NCBI GenBank assembly: GCA_024278215.1
Contig: JAJRTR010000138.1
Coordinates: 3,747-67,746 of the forward strand
Length of the DNA: 64,000 nt
Source: a bacterium
Lineage (GTDB): Bacteria > UBP15 > UBA6099 > JAJRTR01
Direction of reading: 5' to 3'
Shown here: positions 1 through 9,788 of the stretch, piece after piece
Layout of the letters: each line of letters starts with the position of its first letter
Position numbering within the stretch: position 1 is the first letter of the stretch
Program-made: the position numbers and the translations under genes
The notes under the pieces: generated by a model
Databases searched by the model: none
Seen by the model: the letters and a program-made list of their open reading frames with translations, nothing else
Told to the model about the DNA's origin: nothing

Positions 1-50
1 CAGTTTGTAAAGGCTTCTCCTGACTCCGGTTCGGTGTAGTTCGCAAAGAA

Positions 51-1391
51 CTATTCATAATATTTCTCCGGCAGAGACGCCATGATTTCATCGGTTTTCC
101 GTTTCCATGAGTCGAACGCGGCAGAATCATATTGTTCGGGGAATTCCCGGAAGTGCTCGCCGAGTTCTTTTGATAGTTTTGCAGTCTGTAGCAATACCGG
201 GATCATGCCGGGTTTGTCGAGGAGTTTCAGTAGCTTGAGAATTTTCTCTATGGCCGATTCTTTTTTTTGTTTGTTGCCGCTCGAGCCCCAGAAGCTTTCG
301 GGCTTGATGATTTTACGCCGGAAGAGAGCTTCGAGGTCCGCTTGCGGAAACGAAATCATGCACTTCTGGAGCACTTCGAATGGTGCGAAGTCGGCGCCCT
401 GGGTTCTTTTGTATTCGGCGACGTAGGGCCATAGCGCTTCGATATCCGACCTGCCGTTTTCGAGTGCTGCGTGGATGGTACGCGCCGCGAGGCTGGCGGC
501 TTTGAGAGAACTCGCGATGCCGGAGCCGTCGATCGGATTGCACTGGCAGGCGGAGTCGCCGCAGATGAGGAAGCCGTCGCCGATGAAATGGTCGAAACAG
601 CGGCGCACGGGTATCGGGGCGCCGTAGCCGCCGCGCATGAGTTTATCGCCCACGTCGTCGGTTTTCGACATCATTTCCCTGACTGCCGCGCGCGGGCTTT
701 TTCTACCTGGATAGTTCAGTGCACCGGCGAAAAAATCGATGAGTCCGGTTTGAGAGCGGTCCACCCACCTGACACCGTTGTCGATGCCGAATATCACTAT
801 GCCCATGTCGTTGTCCGAGGTTCGGTTTCTGATCTCGCGATATGTGACGAACATGTCGCCGCGTTTCATGACGCGCGGGAATCCCTGGCCGGCGGGCGCT
901 TTGCGCCGGATTGCGGCAGACATGCCGGTTGCATCGATCGTGAATTTTGCGCGTATTTCTTTCTGAGCGCCTTCGGACGTTCGCACGGCGATGCCGCACA
1001 CACTGTTGCTGTCCGTCACCGGTCCTATGACCGCCGTTTTGTCCATCAGGCGCACACCTGCGTCGACTGCGTAATGTATCTGTCGTTTTGCGAAGTGCTT
1101 TCTGTCGATGTGTATTTTACCTGGTGTCGGAGGGACAACGGTCGACATGGTCATCAGCGGGGGATAGACAGTTGTTTTATCTTTGTGTTCCATGAGTTCG
1201 GGCGGCTCGGGGCGGGGCATACCGACCTCCTCGAAAATTGATTCCCTGACGGCATCCCACCAGTCGTGTCCGAGGGCCTCTTTCGCCTTGCGCTCGACCA
1301 GCGCTACCGAGTGGCCTGCCTTTGCGAGATCACGCGCCGCGAGGCATCCCGCCACACCGGCTCCCGCTATTACAACATCGACATTATCCAT
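51..1391 (-). CDS. FAD-dependent oxidoreductase, geranylgeranyl reductase family
   Basis: N-terminal Rossmann motif VVIAGAGVAG, IDATG motif, C-terminal GDSACQCNPIDGSGI motif typical of the GGR/FixC family; 446 aa. Confidence 0.85.
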   Translation of the reverse strand: MDNVDVVIAGAGVAGCLAARDLAKAGHSVALVERKAKEALGHDWWDAVRESIFEEVGMPRPEPPELMEHKDKTTVYPPLMTMSTVVPPTPGKIHIDRKHFAKRQIHYAVDAGVRLMDKTAVIGPVTDSNSVCGIAVRTSEGAQKEIRAKFTIDATGMSAAIRRKAPAGQGFPRVMKRGDMFVTYREIRNRTSDNDMGIVIFGIDNGVRWVDRSQTGLIDFFAGALNYPGRKSPRAAVREMMSKTDDVGDKLMRGGYGAPIPVRRCFDHFIGDGFLICGDSACQCNPIDGSGIASSLKAASLAARTIHAALENGRSDIEALWPYVAEYKRTQGADFAPFEVLQKCMISFPQADLEALFRRKIIKPESFWGSSGNKQKKESAIEKILKLLKLLDKPGMIPVLLQTAKLSKELGEHFREFPEQYDSAAFDSWKRKTDEIMASLPEKYYE

Positions 1392-1556
1392 TGTTTTTCC
1401 TCTGAGCCTCCTGCAAGCGGCTTCTCTGCCTGTATTCCAGTGGTTGAACGAAAACCTGCTCCTGCCGGAATGTATGGAAACCGCCCGCTATCTTCGTTTA
1501 CTCTTTTCGTGAATTCTTCCAGTATTGTCAGGTCTTTCAGGGTTTTCGCTCCGTCA

Positions 1557-2702
1557 CTATTCTATCAGTTGACCTGTAATCTTATCATAATCTCTTTCGA
1601 TCTGTCTCATAACCGGTTCAATGCTGAATTCCGCCGTTATCTTTTCTCTTGCCGCGCGACCGGCGGTCTCGCGCACATCACGCCTGTTCCACATTTTATA
1701 CAGGGCTTCGGCGAACCCCTGTTCGTCTTTTTCCTGAACGAGGAACCCTGTTTTGCCGTCATCAATTATTTCCGGTATCCCCGCGTGAAGTGTGGATACG
1801 GAAGGAACGCCGAGTGAGCCGGCTTCCATAAGAACCGTGGGGGTTCCCTCCCTGTCGCCGTCGGGGGCGGTAACGGAAAACAACGCAAAAACATCCGCTG
1901 TGGAGATTGCGTCGAGAATATCTTTTCTGGGGCGATAGCCCATGAGCTGCACTTTCCTGCACAGTCCTTTTCGGGTGATTTCCTTTTGTATATTTTTTTC
2001 TTCGGGGCCGCTGCCGAATATCTGCAACACAGCATCCGGCACCTGACCGGCGAACCGGGCAAAAGCGCGAATCAAATGTATCATGCCCTTTTTGGGCACC
2101 AGTCTGCCTACGGAAACAATTCTGAAACCGTCGCCGGCATCCGCATTGTTTTTCCGCTGTGGAACAAAAGCATTCGTATCTACGGCAAGGTGGTGGATAC
2201 GCAATTTATGCGCGGGACATCCTGCTTCCCGGAGCCTGTCTCCCATGTCCCGGGACAGCACGGATATGACAGCAGCCGATTCGAACATGGGTTTATATGC
2301 AGAACGATATTTGCGGTTTTCGAGGAAAGCGGAAGCGTCGATACCATAGAAAGATACAATAAGCGGCAGGTTCGCCATGGCCGCAGTTTTCGCAATCGCA
2401 ACGCCGACCGGTCCGTAGTGTGCATGAATGACAGCCGGCCTATTCTTTCTGAGTATCCTCATGAAATAAGGTGAAAAGCTGAAGAAGCGCCTGATTTGCG
2501 TATTAACTTTCCTTTCAAGCAGCGGACTGTCTGCAAGGTTGTATATTGGAGAGAATGGGAACTGCTCGATATTCCTCACAGGTTCATCCGTCAGTACAAA
2601 AGGATTGTAATCACAGTGGCCGGTTATCCTGTCATAGATGAAAGTCTCGGTTTTCCTGATAAAAGGGATAAGGACGTGTGCTACGGTGGGAGAAGCCTTC
2701 AT
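1557..2702 (-). CDS. Glycosyltransferase family 4 (WcaL-like)
   Basis: HAHYG, VGRLVPKKG and DGDREGTPTVLMEA (EX7E) motifs. Confidence 0.9.
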   Translation of the reverse strand: MKASPTVAHVLIPFIRKTETFIYDRITGHCDYNPFVLTDEPVRNIEQFPFSPIYNLADSPLLERKVNTQIRRFFSFSPYFMRILRKNRPAVIHAHYGPVGVAIAKTAAMANLPLIVSFYGIDASAFLENRKYRSAYKPMFESAAVISVLSRDMGDRLREAGCPAHKLRIHHLAVDTNAFVPQRKNNADAGDGFRIVSVGRLVPKKGMIHLIRAFARFAGQVPDAVLQIFGSGPEEKNIQKEITRKGLCRKVQLMGYRPRKDILDAISTADVFALFSVTAPDGDREGTPTVLMEAGSLGVPSVSTLHAGIPEIIDDGKTGFLVQEKDEQGFAEALYKMWNRRDVRETAGRAAREKITAEFSIEPVMRQIERDYDKITGQLIE

Positions 2703-3853
2703 TTTGTTGTTCCCCCGCTGAGAACATCGTCATAGACGGCCTGCATGAGAGACGCGATTGTTTTTTCGTCGAAGTCGGCGACCCGGTTTCTCCCGGCGGC
2801 GACAAGGGCTGCGGCTTTGTCGGGATTATTGATAATAACCGCCAGATTGTCGGCCAGCGCCTTCGGGTTGCCGGGCTCGAAAAGCAAGCCGGAGACGTCA
2901 TCCTCCAATATTTCGGCAGGGCCTCCCGCAGCCGCCGCCACAACCGGCACTCCCGCGGCCAGAGCCTCCAGCACCGCTATGCCGAACGGCTCTTCAAGTG
3001 CGCATAATGCAAAGGCGTCTGCCACAGAGAGCAGCCCGGCGGCATCTTCGACGTAACCCATGAAATCAATTATATCACGGACTCCGAGTTCGGACCTCAG
3101 TTGTTCGAGTTGCTTCCCGAGCGCGCCTGTGCCGGCTACCACGAAATATATGTCGTCGATACCATCGGCTTTCAACACCGCCGCCGCGCGCACAAGGGTT
3201 TGGACATCCTTCTCCGGTGCGAGGCGGGAGAGACACACAACCAGGAATCGGTCGGCGGGAATCCCGAATTCGCTTCTGATCCTGTCGATAGTTTTCTGTG
3301 TGTGGTTTGCTTTCCGGGGAATGTTGTCGACACAGATACCGTTGTAGACGACGACGCCTTTGGTGTTGGGGATCGACTCCCTTTGGGATACGGCTGCCCT
3401 TACAGCCTCTGAAATGTAAATGGTTTTGCTGAGTCTGCGGTTCATTCTTGTGTAGATGGTCGTGTAGAGCGAGCGCAGGAAAGGGGAGGATATGCCAGTG
3501 TGCCTGTCGTTGATAAAATGGCGTGTGGAGACGACAGGGGTACGTGTCCGAGATGCCGCCGCGATAGAGATAAAAGTGCTTATGCCGAGATGCGCATGTA
3601 TCAGGGCGATATTCTTTTCCGCGATTATTTTTTTCAGTTTTAAAATAGATTTAATATCGTATAAAGAGTGGAAGGGAACATCGACGGCCTCGATGCCGTA
3701 TTTTTCGAGCAGGTCAAACAAACGGGCTCCATAAGGAGCAGCCACGATCGGGATATAGTTTTCAGGATCGAGAGACCTCGCCGTGGAGAGAACACTCTGT
3801 TGTGTTCCGTAGAATTCAGAGAAACAGAGAGAGTAAAGAACCTTTTTTGGCAT
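2699..3853 (-). CDS. Glycosyltransferase family 4
   Basis: RLAPEKD and EEPFGIAVLEA motifs; start moved to ATG 3853 (MPKKVLY) to remove the overlap with the upstream gene; 4-bp overlap with the next GT. Confidence 0.88.
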   Translation of the reverse strand: MPKKVLYSLCFSEFYGTQQSVLSTARSLDPENYIPIVAAPYGARLFDLLEKYGIEAVDVPFHSLYDIKSILKLKKIIAEKNIALIHAHLGISTFISIAAASRTRTPVVSTRHFINDRHTGISSPFLRSLYTTIYTRMNRRLSKTIYISEAVRAAVSQRESIPNTKGVVVYNGICVDNIPRKANHTQKTIDRIRSEFGIPADRFLVVCLSRLAPEKDVQTLVRAAAVLKADGIDDIYFVVAGTGALGKQLEQLRSELGVRDIIDFMGYVEDAAGLLSVADAFALCALEEPFGIAVLEALAAGVPVVAAAAGGPAEILEDDVSGLLFEPGNPKALADNLAVIINNPDKAAALVAAGRNRVADFDEKTIASLMQAVYDDVLSGGTTK

Positions 3854-3861
3854 GTTGAATA

Positions 3862-5286
3862 TCAGAGGTCCATTCTCATGGTGGGACGATTCATGTCGAC
3901 GGAAGACAGGAGATTCACCCACTCGGTATCCCTGGGTTCGTTTTCCTCGACAAAAAGAGCAGCCTGGTATATGCCCAGAAACATCACAAAAAATATAATG
4001 GGGCCGCGCACAAACATATACGCGAACATATTGACAATGCCGAACGCGACAATGCTGGAGAAAAGAGCAATATAGAGAGAATAATAATAGTGGTCCTCGG
4101 TCCTGGATATTGTTCTGATGATATGAATGTAGAAAGAGATAAATATCCACAGGACAAGAAGCATTGCGGGCAGACCGCTCTCGCTGCCCACATGGAGGAA
4201 GATATTGTGGATTTCTCCGTATGTCGGTTCATCATAGACATCGGTGACATACCGGGGCATGTTGCCGAGTCCCACTCCAAGAATGGGATAAGCCATAATC
4301 GTATTCATGGCTACATTATACTGCTCGATACGGGTAGTGGAAGCTTCGTCGCTGATCTTCGGGATAGACGCCACGCGCCCGAGATACCTTTCCGGCGCGA
4401 AGAGAGAAAAGATGATCATGAAGACGATCAGGACAGAGAAATACTTGATAAAGTTTACCATCCCCCGAATCTGAGCTGAAATAACAATTCCCACAATGCA
4501 TCCAATCCAGGCACCCCTTGAAAACGTCAGCAGGAGTCCAACCACATTCAGTCCCAGAAACATCGAGTATAAAAGCTTTGTCCGCCTGCTATTTTCAGTA
4601 ACGATAAGATTGAAAATGAGCGTGGTCGTCATTGCCAGGAATGCGCCGAGTGCATTAAAGTGGCCGAATGTGCTGTAAATCCTCATGCCGGTATCGCCTG
4701 ATGAAAGGTACTGATAGATACCCTGGAGCGACACCAACCCACTGACAAGCGCTATCGTGTGTATGACAATATTCAACATGTTTCTTGTGCGTATTACAGA
4801 TGCGAACAGGTAGTATGCGAAAATGAAGAATTCCACCCACTTCACGAACTCCTTCATGGACTTGAAGAGGGAGTCGGTGTTTACCGAGGACAGCAGAAGC
4901 CATAAAAGAAGCAGGAATATCGTTCTGTCCAGGAATGTTTTCCTCAGTCCGCTTTCTCTGCCGATTGCAAGACGAACGACATAGACAACGACAAGTACAA
5001 TTATGTAGGCATCCGACGGAGTGAAATAGAATGGGAATGAAGGCACATAATAGTTGACCAGAGGTGCGACGAAAATAAAAAGAATAATAGAAAGTCTGAA
5101 ATTGATTATGGTTATCAAGAGGACAAATATACTTCCCATGCCGATAATGGGAATTAAGTTGTGGCGCAAGGTGTAGATATCCGGCAGATATATGCGTAAT
5201 GCAAAGTCAAGCAGCAACATGAAGGCAATTATCGATAAGATGTAATAGGGGTGGGCAAGAGTTAATTCCTGATTTCGTTGCTTCAT
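3862..5286 (-). CDS. O-antigen ligase / Wzy polymerase family membrane protein
   Basis: Many hydrophobic segments; STFGHFNALG, LLLTFSRGAWIG, PILGVGLGN and HNIFLH motifs. Confidence 0.88.
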   Translation of the reverse strand: MKQRNQELTLAHPYYILSIIAFMLLLDFALRIYLPDIYTLRHNLIPIIGMGSIFVLLITIINFRLSIILFIFVAPLVNYYVPSFPFYFTPSDAYIIVLVVVYVVRLAIGRESGLRKTFLDRTIFLLLLWLLLSSVNTDSLFKSMKEFVKWVEFFIFAYYLFASVIRTRNMLNIVIHTIALVSGLVSLQGIYQYLSSGDTGMRIYSTFGHFNALGAFLAMTTTLIFNLIVTENSRRTKLLYSMFLGLNVVGLLLTFSRGAWIGCIVGIVISAQIRGMVNFIKYFSVLIVFMIIFSLFAPERYLGRVASIPKISDEASTTRIEQYNVAMNTIMAYPILGVGLGNMPRYVTDVYDEPTYGEIHNIFLHVGSESGLPAMLLVLWIFISFYIHIIRTISRTEDHYYYSLYIALFSSIVAFGIVNMFAYMFVRGPIIFFVMFLGIYQAALFVEENEPRDTEWVNLLSSVDMNRPTMRMDL

Positions 5287-5291
5287 ATCTA

Positions 5292-6179
5292 TTACGCGCC
5301 TTTATTATCCCCGGCAGCTGAATTCAATTCCCTGAGCAAAGGAAAAGTCAACTTCACGTTCAGCGATTCGCCTGTTATCAGTTCGCTTACGTCGACTTCG
5401 ACACCCGCGCTGCGTAAAGCAATTACAATGTTGCGCACCAACTCCAGGCAGGCTTCCACCTTGCCGACCTGTGCAGGATCATATTTGAAACGTGGCCGGT
5501 TGTCGTCGATTTTTTCCAGGGTCTGAGCCCTCATCTTAAGAAATTCCGGCAATCCGGCGATTATATCTTCAGTCTGCTTTTCGTCCAGTTTTTCACGATA
5601 TATTTTTTCCAGCAGTTCGAGTTGTTTTTTCTGGTTTGCCACCTGCGAGAGAAGCCTGGCGTGATCCAGAGTAATGAGTCTCGAGACAACAGCTTTTTTT
5701 ATAACCTGCGGTAGTTGAAGCATCCAGAGCTTGGCCTTGATCGAGTCGACATCTTTGCCGACCCTGTCCGCGATCATCTGCAGGTCGTCGCCTTTCTCTC
5801 CGATCAGGCGGCCATAAGCTTCTGCTGTTTCGACCTCGTTCAGTTGCTCGCGTTGCAGATTCTCTATAAACGCGATTTCGATCATGTCCTGATCGTTAAG
5901 TGTGCGTACGATAGCAGGTATGGTGTTCAGGCCGACGATTTTACATGCCCTCAGCCGCCGTTCACCCGCGACGAGTTCAAAGCCGGTGCCGAACTTTCGT
6001 ACAATCACCGGTTGGAGGACGCCCTGCTTTTCTATTGATTTCGCCAGTTCGTTGAGTCGCTCTTCATCGAAAAAGCGGCGGGGCTGATACGGATTGACCG
6101 AGATATTATCTACAGGTATCTCGACAACCGATCTCTTGCCTTCTTTTTCAATTATCCCTTTGACAAATCGTTCAAGCAT
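5292..6179 (-). CDS. ParB/Spo0J/Noc family protein, divergent paralogue
   Basis: NPYQPRR, GVLQPVIV, ELVAGERRLRA (CTP-binding GxxR), IENLQRE; HTH recognition helix atypical. Confidence 0.9.
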   Translation of the reverse strand: MLERFVKGIIEKEGKRSVVEIPVDNISVNPYQPRRFFDEERLNELAKSIEKQGVLQPVIVRKFGTGFELVAGERRLRACKIVGLNTIPAIVRTLNDQDMIEIAFIENLQREQLNEVETAEAYGRLIGEKGDDLQMIADRVGKDVDSIKAKLWMLQLPQVIKKAVVSRLITLDHARLLSQVANQKKQLELLEKIYREKLDEKQTEDIIAGLPEFLKMRAQTLEKIDDNRPRFKYDPAQVGKVEACLELVRNIVIALRSAGVEVDVSELITGESLNVKLTFPLLRELNSAAGDNKGA

Positions 6180-6426
6180 TCTGTTTTATCCACCGGGTCT
6201 TTGTTTTAAACATCCTGACTGTCGTATGAACCATTTTTACATCAGCAGGCAGATGCGAAGAACACGAAGTCTCGAATAAAGCGCAGTCTCTCGAGGCGAC
6301 TTCGCGACGGTCGGATTGTCGCTTATGTACATAATGCCATGTTTCAAAAAACAAAACAACACAAGATGCAGAACGGTCCAGGCGAGGTGCGATACCCCGC
6401 CAATCAATTTATGTATCCGTTCACAA

Positions 6427-6645
6427 GTAACTGTTCGCAACGGTACATCTGAGATTCCTGGAATGCAACGACTGTGTCGTTGCAACTGTAAAGAAGTCGC
6501 ATTTCGCAAAAACTGACGTTTTTGCATTCCAGGATTTTCTATTATCACCGTTATACTCAAAATCCGTGGCTTGTCATTTTGCGCGAAGCGAAGAATCTAC
6601 AGGTGTTTAAAGTATTATTTTCAATGCTCCCCTGTGAACAGTTAC
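6427..6645. mobile_element. MITE-like element (family E)
   Basis: 13-bp terminal inverted repeats GTAACTGTTCGCA / TGTGAACAGTTAC (1 mismatch), CAA direct repeat on both sides, no coding capacity. Confidence 0.6.
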
Positions 6646-6813
6646 CAATTTATTATGTGTTTCGCCGTCTCTTCCGGACACAAGCCCCGGACGAGGCGTA
6701 GTGTCTTACGATTGAAATACTGCGCAAGATGGTAAAGAAATGCTGATAATGAGATTGGTGGAAGCTGGAGCTTCCGGTTTCATACGTTCCCAGGGTGAAC
6801 CCTGGAAACAAGT

Positions 6814-6835
6814 AAAAAACCCCGAACTCCGGGGT
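6814..6835 (-). terminator. Probable intrinsic terminator after wzc
   Basis: ACCCCG-AACTC-CGGGGT hairpin with an adjacent A6 (U-run on the minus strand); second perfect hairpin CCGGGTTA-GGAA-TAACCCGG at about 6856-6875. Confidence 0.5.
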
Positions 6836-6910
6836 CCTGTTCGGTTCCGGCTGTGCCGGGTTAGGAATAACCCGGGATATTTGTCTGATGCAAAACGGTC
6901 TGCCCGCCGG

Positions 6911-9073
6911 TTATCTTTTCAGCTTGACTCTCTTGCGCCGCTGTCGGCTTCCGTATCCGTATCCTCCGTAGTAGTAATAATAGTAATAATCGGGACTGGA
7001 AGCTTCTATATTGTTCAGCGCGACACCGATGATGGGTGTCTTTGTGCTTTCGATCATGTATTTAACCTGGAGCGCTTCGTCCCTGTTGATACGACCGGAG
7101 TTGATGACGAAAAGGACCCCGTCGAGAATTTGCGAAAGGACAACAGCGTCGATAACGTGGATAGACGGCGGGCTGTCGAACATGATGATGTCCGCCTTTT
7201 TCTCGATGCATCTGAGGAATGCGAGCATTCTTTCGGATCGCAGAAGCTCGATCGAGTTTGCCGGAAGCGGCCCTGAAGGAATGATGCTGAGCCCCTTTAT
7301 CGTCGATGGCTGGATAAGCCTGTCGACGACAACTTCCATGAAAGATTCTTTCGGCAGCCGACCACTCACCGAAAGGTCCGATACGGCAATTTCCGCTTCG
7401 AGCTCGCCTGTGAGGATCGAGCTGATGCCGAGAGAATTGTCGACACCGAACATGCGGTGGAGCATGGGCCTGCGAAGGTCGGTATCTATTATGAGAACTT
7501 TCGTGCCTTCCTGCGCCATCGAAATAGCGAGATTGGCCAGGGTAGTGGATTTGCCTTCGTCGGATTTCGAACTTGTAACCAGGAGCGTTTTAATAGGCGG
7601 GTCGAGACAGAACAGTTGCGTGAAGAAACTCAAACGCCTGTATGCTTCCGCTATAGGAGATTTCAATGGAACGTCGGTAATCAACTTGTTGATCGTCTCC
7701 GCACTGTATGGGATGGAGCCGAGTACCGGCAGGTTAAGATAGTTCTTGACATCGTCGCTGGAGTGTATCGTTTCTTCCATCTCTTCGAGGAGGAACGCAA
7801 GCCCCAGGCCGAGAAGAAGACCGAGTGCCACGGCAATAATGATGTTCTTTTTCCTGTTGGGCTTAAATGGATTCTGAGGCACGATTGCTTTCTCGAAGAT
7901 TTTCACTTTTACATCTCGTTGCACCTTTTCGATCATCGCCTGCTGATGCTGCTGATAGAGCATGAGGAAAAGCTCTTCCGCGACCTCTTTTTCCCTGAGC
8001 AGCCTGTTGTATTCGTATTGCAACTCCGGGTACTTCAGCTGTTCCTGCTTAAGCCTGTCAATGATATTCGCCAACTGGGTTATTTTTGATTTGTCGAGGA
8101 CGATCTGGACATTCATCTCGACAATGGTATCGCGTTCCTTGAGATATCCGTCCTGGTTGACAAGTTTGTTATTTATCACATCGCTGATTTCCTGCTCGCT
8201 TTGTTTTCGCAGTTCCTTGAGTTGCTGGTCGATCTGTCTGACCAGTGGATGTCTGGCCTTATATTTTTCCATCAGTGAAGCGCGTTTCACCTCGAGGTCG
8301 ATGATGCTGGTCTCCATGTATTCAACTTTATTGTGAGTGTTTCTGTTGAGAAGCTGGGGGTCTTGCGCAAGTTTGATGGTCTGGTCCCGGAATGTGTTCT
8401 GGAGGTTGTCGAGCTTGATTTCAAGCTGTTTCAGGTCAATGCCCAGCTGCATTTTTTCGAGTTCGAGCGATGAGATTCGATCATTCCTGCTGATAACTTC
8501 CTGGTCGAGCAACACAATGCCGTGCTGTGTGTTGAATTCGAAGATGGCCTTTTCCTTTGAAGAGAGTACCCTCTCGGCGTTGTCCATCTGTTCTTTGATG
8601 TATTGCAGCGTGTCTTCCGCGGATTTCTCCATCAACTCGCGGCTGATCTCTTCGAAAGCTTCCGCATACTTATTGGCGACATCCGCGCATTCCCGGTTGT
8701 TGGAACCCTGCATTATGACTTCGATGATACCTGTGTCTTCATCGCTTCTTGCGATAATCTGATCGAGCAGTTTCACACCCGCTTTCTCAGGTTCTTTGCG
8801 ACCGAGTTTTATCGCCGCTCTCTCTGCGACCGGGATGCTCTTGAGCAGCCGGCGCTGGGTTTCAACTCCCAGCGGAGTGGATGAGCGCCGGGCTCCCTCG
8901 GTCAGCATAATCACAGTGGACGGTTGTTCGACAAGAATACGTGCCCTGGCCGAGTAAACCGGCTTTAAAATGATGAAATTTATCACTGCACTGGCCACTG
9001 CTGCTATCAGAACACAGAGCAGAATGACAAATTTCCGCTTCCAGATTATTGTTATATAATCTCTGATTTCCAA
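6911..9073 (-). CDS. wzc: Polysaccharide co-polymerase / BY tyrosine autokinase (Wzc-type fusion)
   Basis: Wzz-like N-terminus with two TM helices and coiled coil, Walker A SSKSDEGKST, IDTDLRRP, FDSPP, C-terminal Tyr cluster DYYYYYYYGGYGYG; start probably TTG 9073 (ORF open to 9154). Confidence 0.9.
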   Translation of the reverse strand: MEIRDYITIIWKRKFVILLCVLIAAVASAVINFIILKPVYSARARILVEQPSTVIMLTEGARRSSTPLGVETQRRLLKSIPVAERAAIKLGRKEPEKAGVKLLDQIIARSDEDTGIIEVIMQGSNNRECADVANKYAEAFEEISRELMEKSAEDTLQYIKEQMDNAERVLSSKEKAIFEFNTQHGIVLLDQEVISRNDRISSLELEKMQLGIDLKQLEIKLDNLQNTFRDQTIKLAQDPQLLNRNTHNKVEYMETSIIDLEVKRASLMEKYKARHPLVRQIDQQLKELRKQSEQEISDVINNKLVNQDGYLKERDTIVEMNVQIVLDKSKITQLANIIDRLKQEQLKYPELQYEYNRLLREKEVAEELFLMLYQQHQQAMIEKVQRDVKVKIFEKAIVPQNPFKPNRKKNIIIAVALGLLLGLGLAFLLEEMEETIHSSDDVKNYLNLPVLGSIPYSAETINKLITDVPLKSPIAEAYRRLSFFTQLFCLDPPIKTLLVTSSKSDEGKSTTLANLAISMAQEGTKVLIIDTDLRRPMLHRMFGVDNSLGISSILTGELEAEIAVSDLSVSGRLPKESFMEVVVDRLIQPSTIKGLSIIPSGPLPANSIELLRSERMLAFLRCIEKKADIIMFDSPPSIHVIDAVVLSQILDGVLFVINSGRINRDEALQVKYMIESTKTPIIGVALNNIEASSPDYYYYYYYGGYGYGSRQRRKRVKLKR

Positions 9074-9499
9074 GAATATCCACCGCCAGACACTCGACCC
9101 GGTTTGTGACTGCTGCACATCCGGGGAGTCAGGATAAACACTTGACCCATGCACGTGAGCCGCCGTCTATACTTCGGCCCGCTTTTGCTCTTTCGCGCCG
9201 GATTCAGACTGTTATGTTCCTGCTGCTCAGGAACCCATGTGTTTTCTTTTCGGGCTTGTCGATTTCGTCCGACGCGCCCATTTCTATATGTGTTATTTTC
9301 TTGTGCTTTTATAATATTCCCGAACTCGTGCTTTTTCGATATTTATGTGTAAATTTCGGGGTCATGACTGGAATTTACACTTTCACCGCCTTACCTTTCC
9401 ACCGGGAATTAACTCCCGACCGCGAAAACGACAATACATTGTCGCACTCCAGATTCAAGTCGATTATTATTAAATAAGCAGTATTTCATCTTAACCGCA

Positions 9500-9529
9500 A
9501 AAACTCCCCCGGATGACTTCAGTCCGGGG
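9500..9529 (-). terminator. Hairpin, probable minus-strand terminator downstream of the PfkB gene
   Basis: CCCCGGA...TCCGGGG stem, followed on the minus strand by GAGTTTTT. Confidence 0.4.
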
Positions 9530-9788
9530 TAGAAGCGCGTCACATCTGTAAATGCGCAATATGCGTGTAGACAAGGGCGCGGTCACCGTCCCGCGCCTGA
9601 GCATATTCCTCGCAAAAACGGTTTTTACAGGCGCAAGTTGAGGAGGGCTGCGGTGACCCCAACCTGCAATTTATCGTTTTTACACTGACCTTTCTTATGT
9701 CTTTTCTTTGTTGACACACGACAGTAGTTTGTTTTCAGAGAGACCGCCTGCAACTCTCCGATTCCCGCCGGTCATGATTGTTTCTCAT

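Noticed and set aside
3854-4150. N-terminal extension of the GT4 ORF in the track, and similar extensions of oppA, oppC, ilvD and the GH36 gene
   Set aside because: They overlap neighbouring genes or promoter DNA; downstream starts give better RBS or signal peptides
9076-9087. ops-like GGCGGTGG before wzc
   Set aside because: Differs from GGCGGTAG and sits at RBS distance from the TTG start
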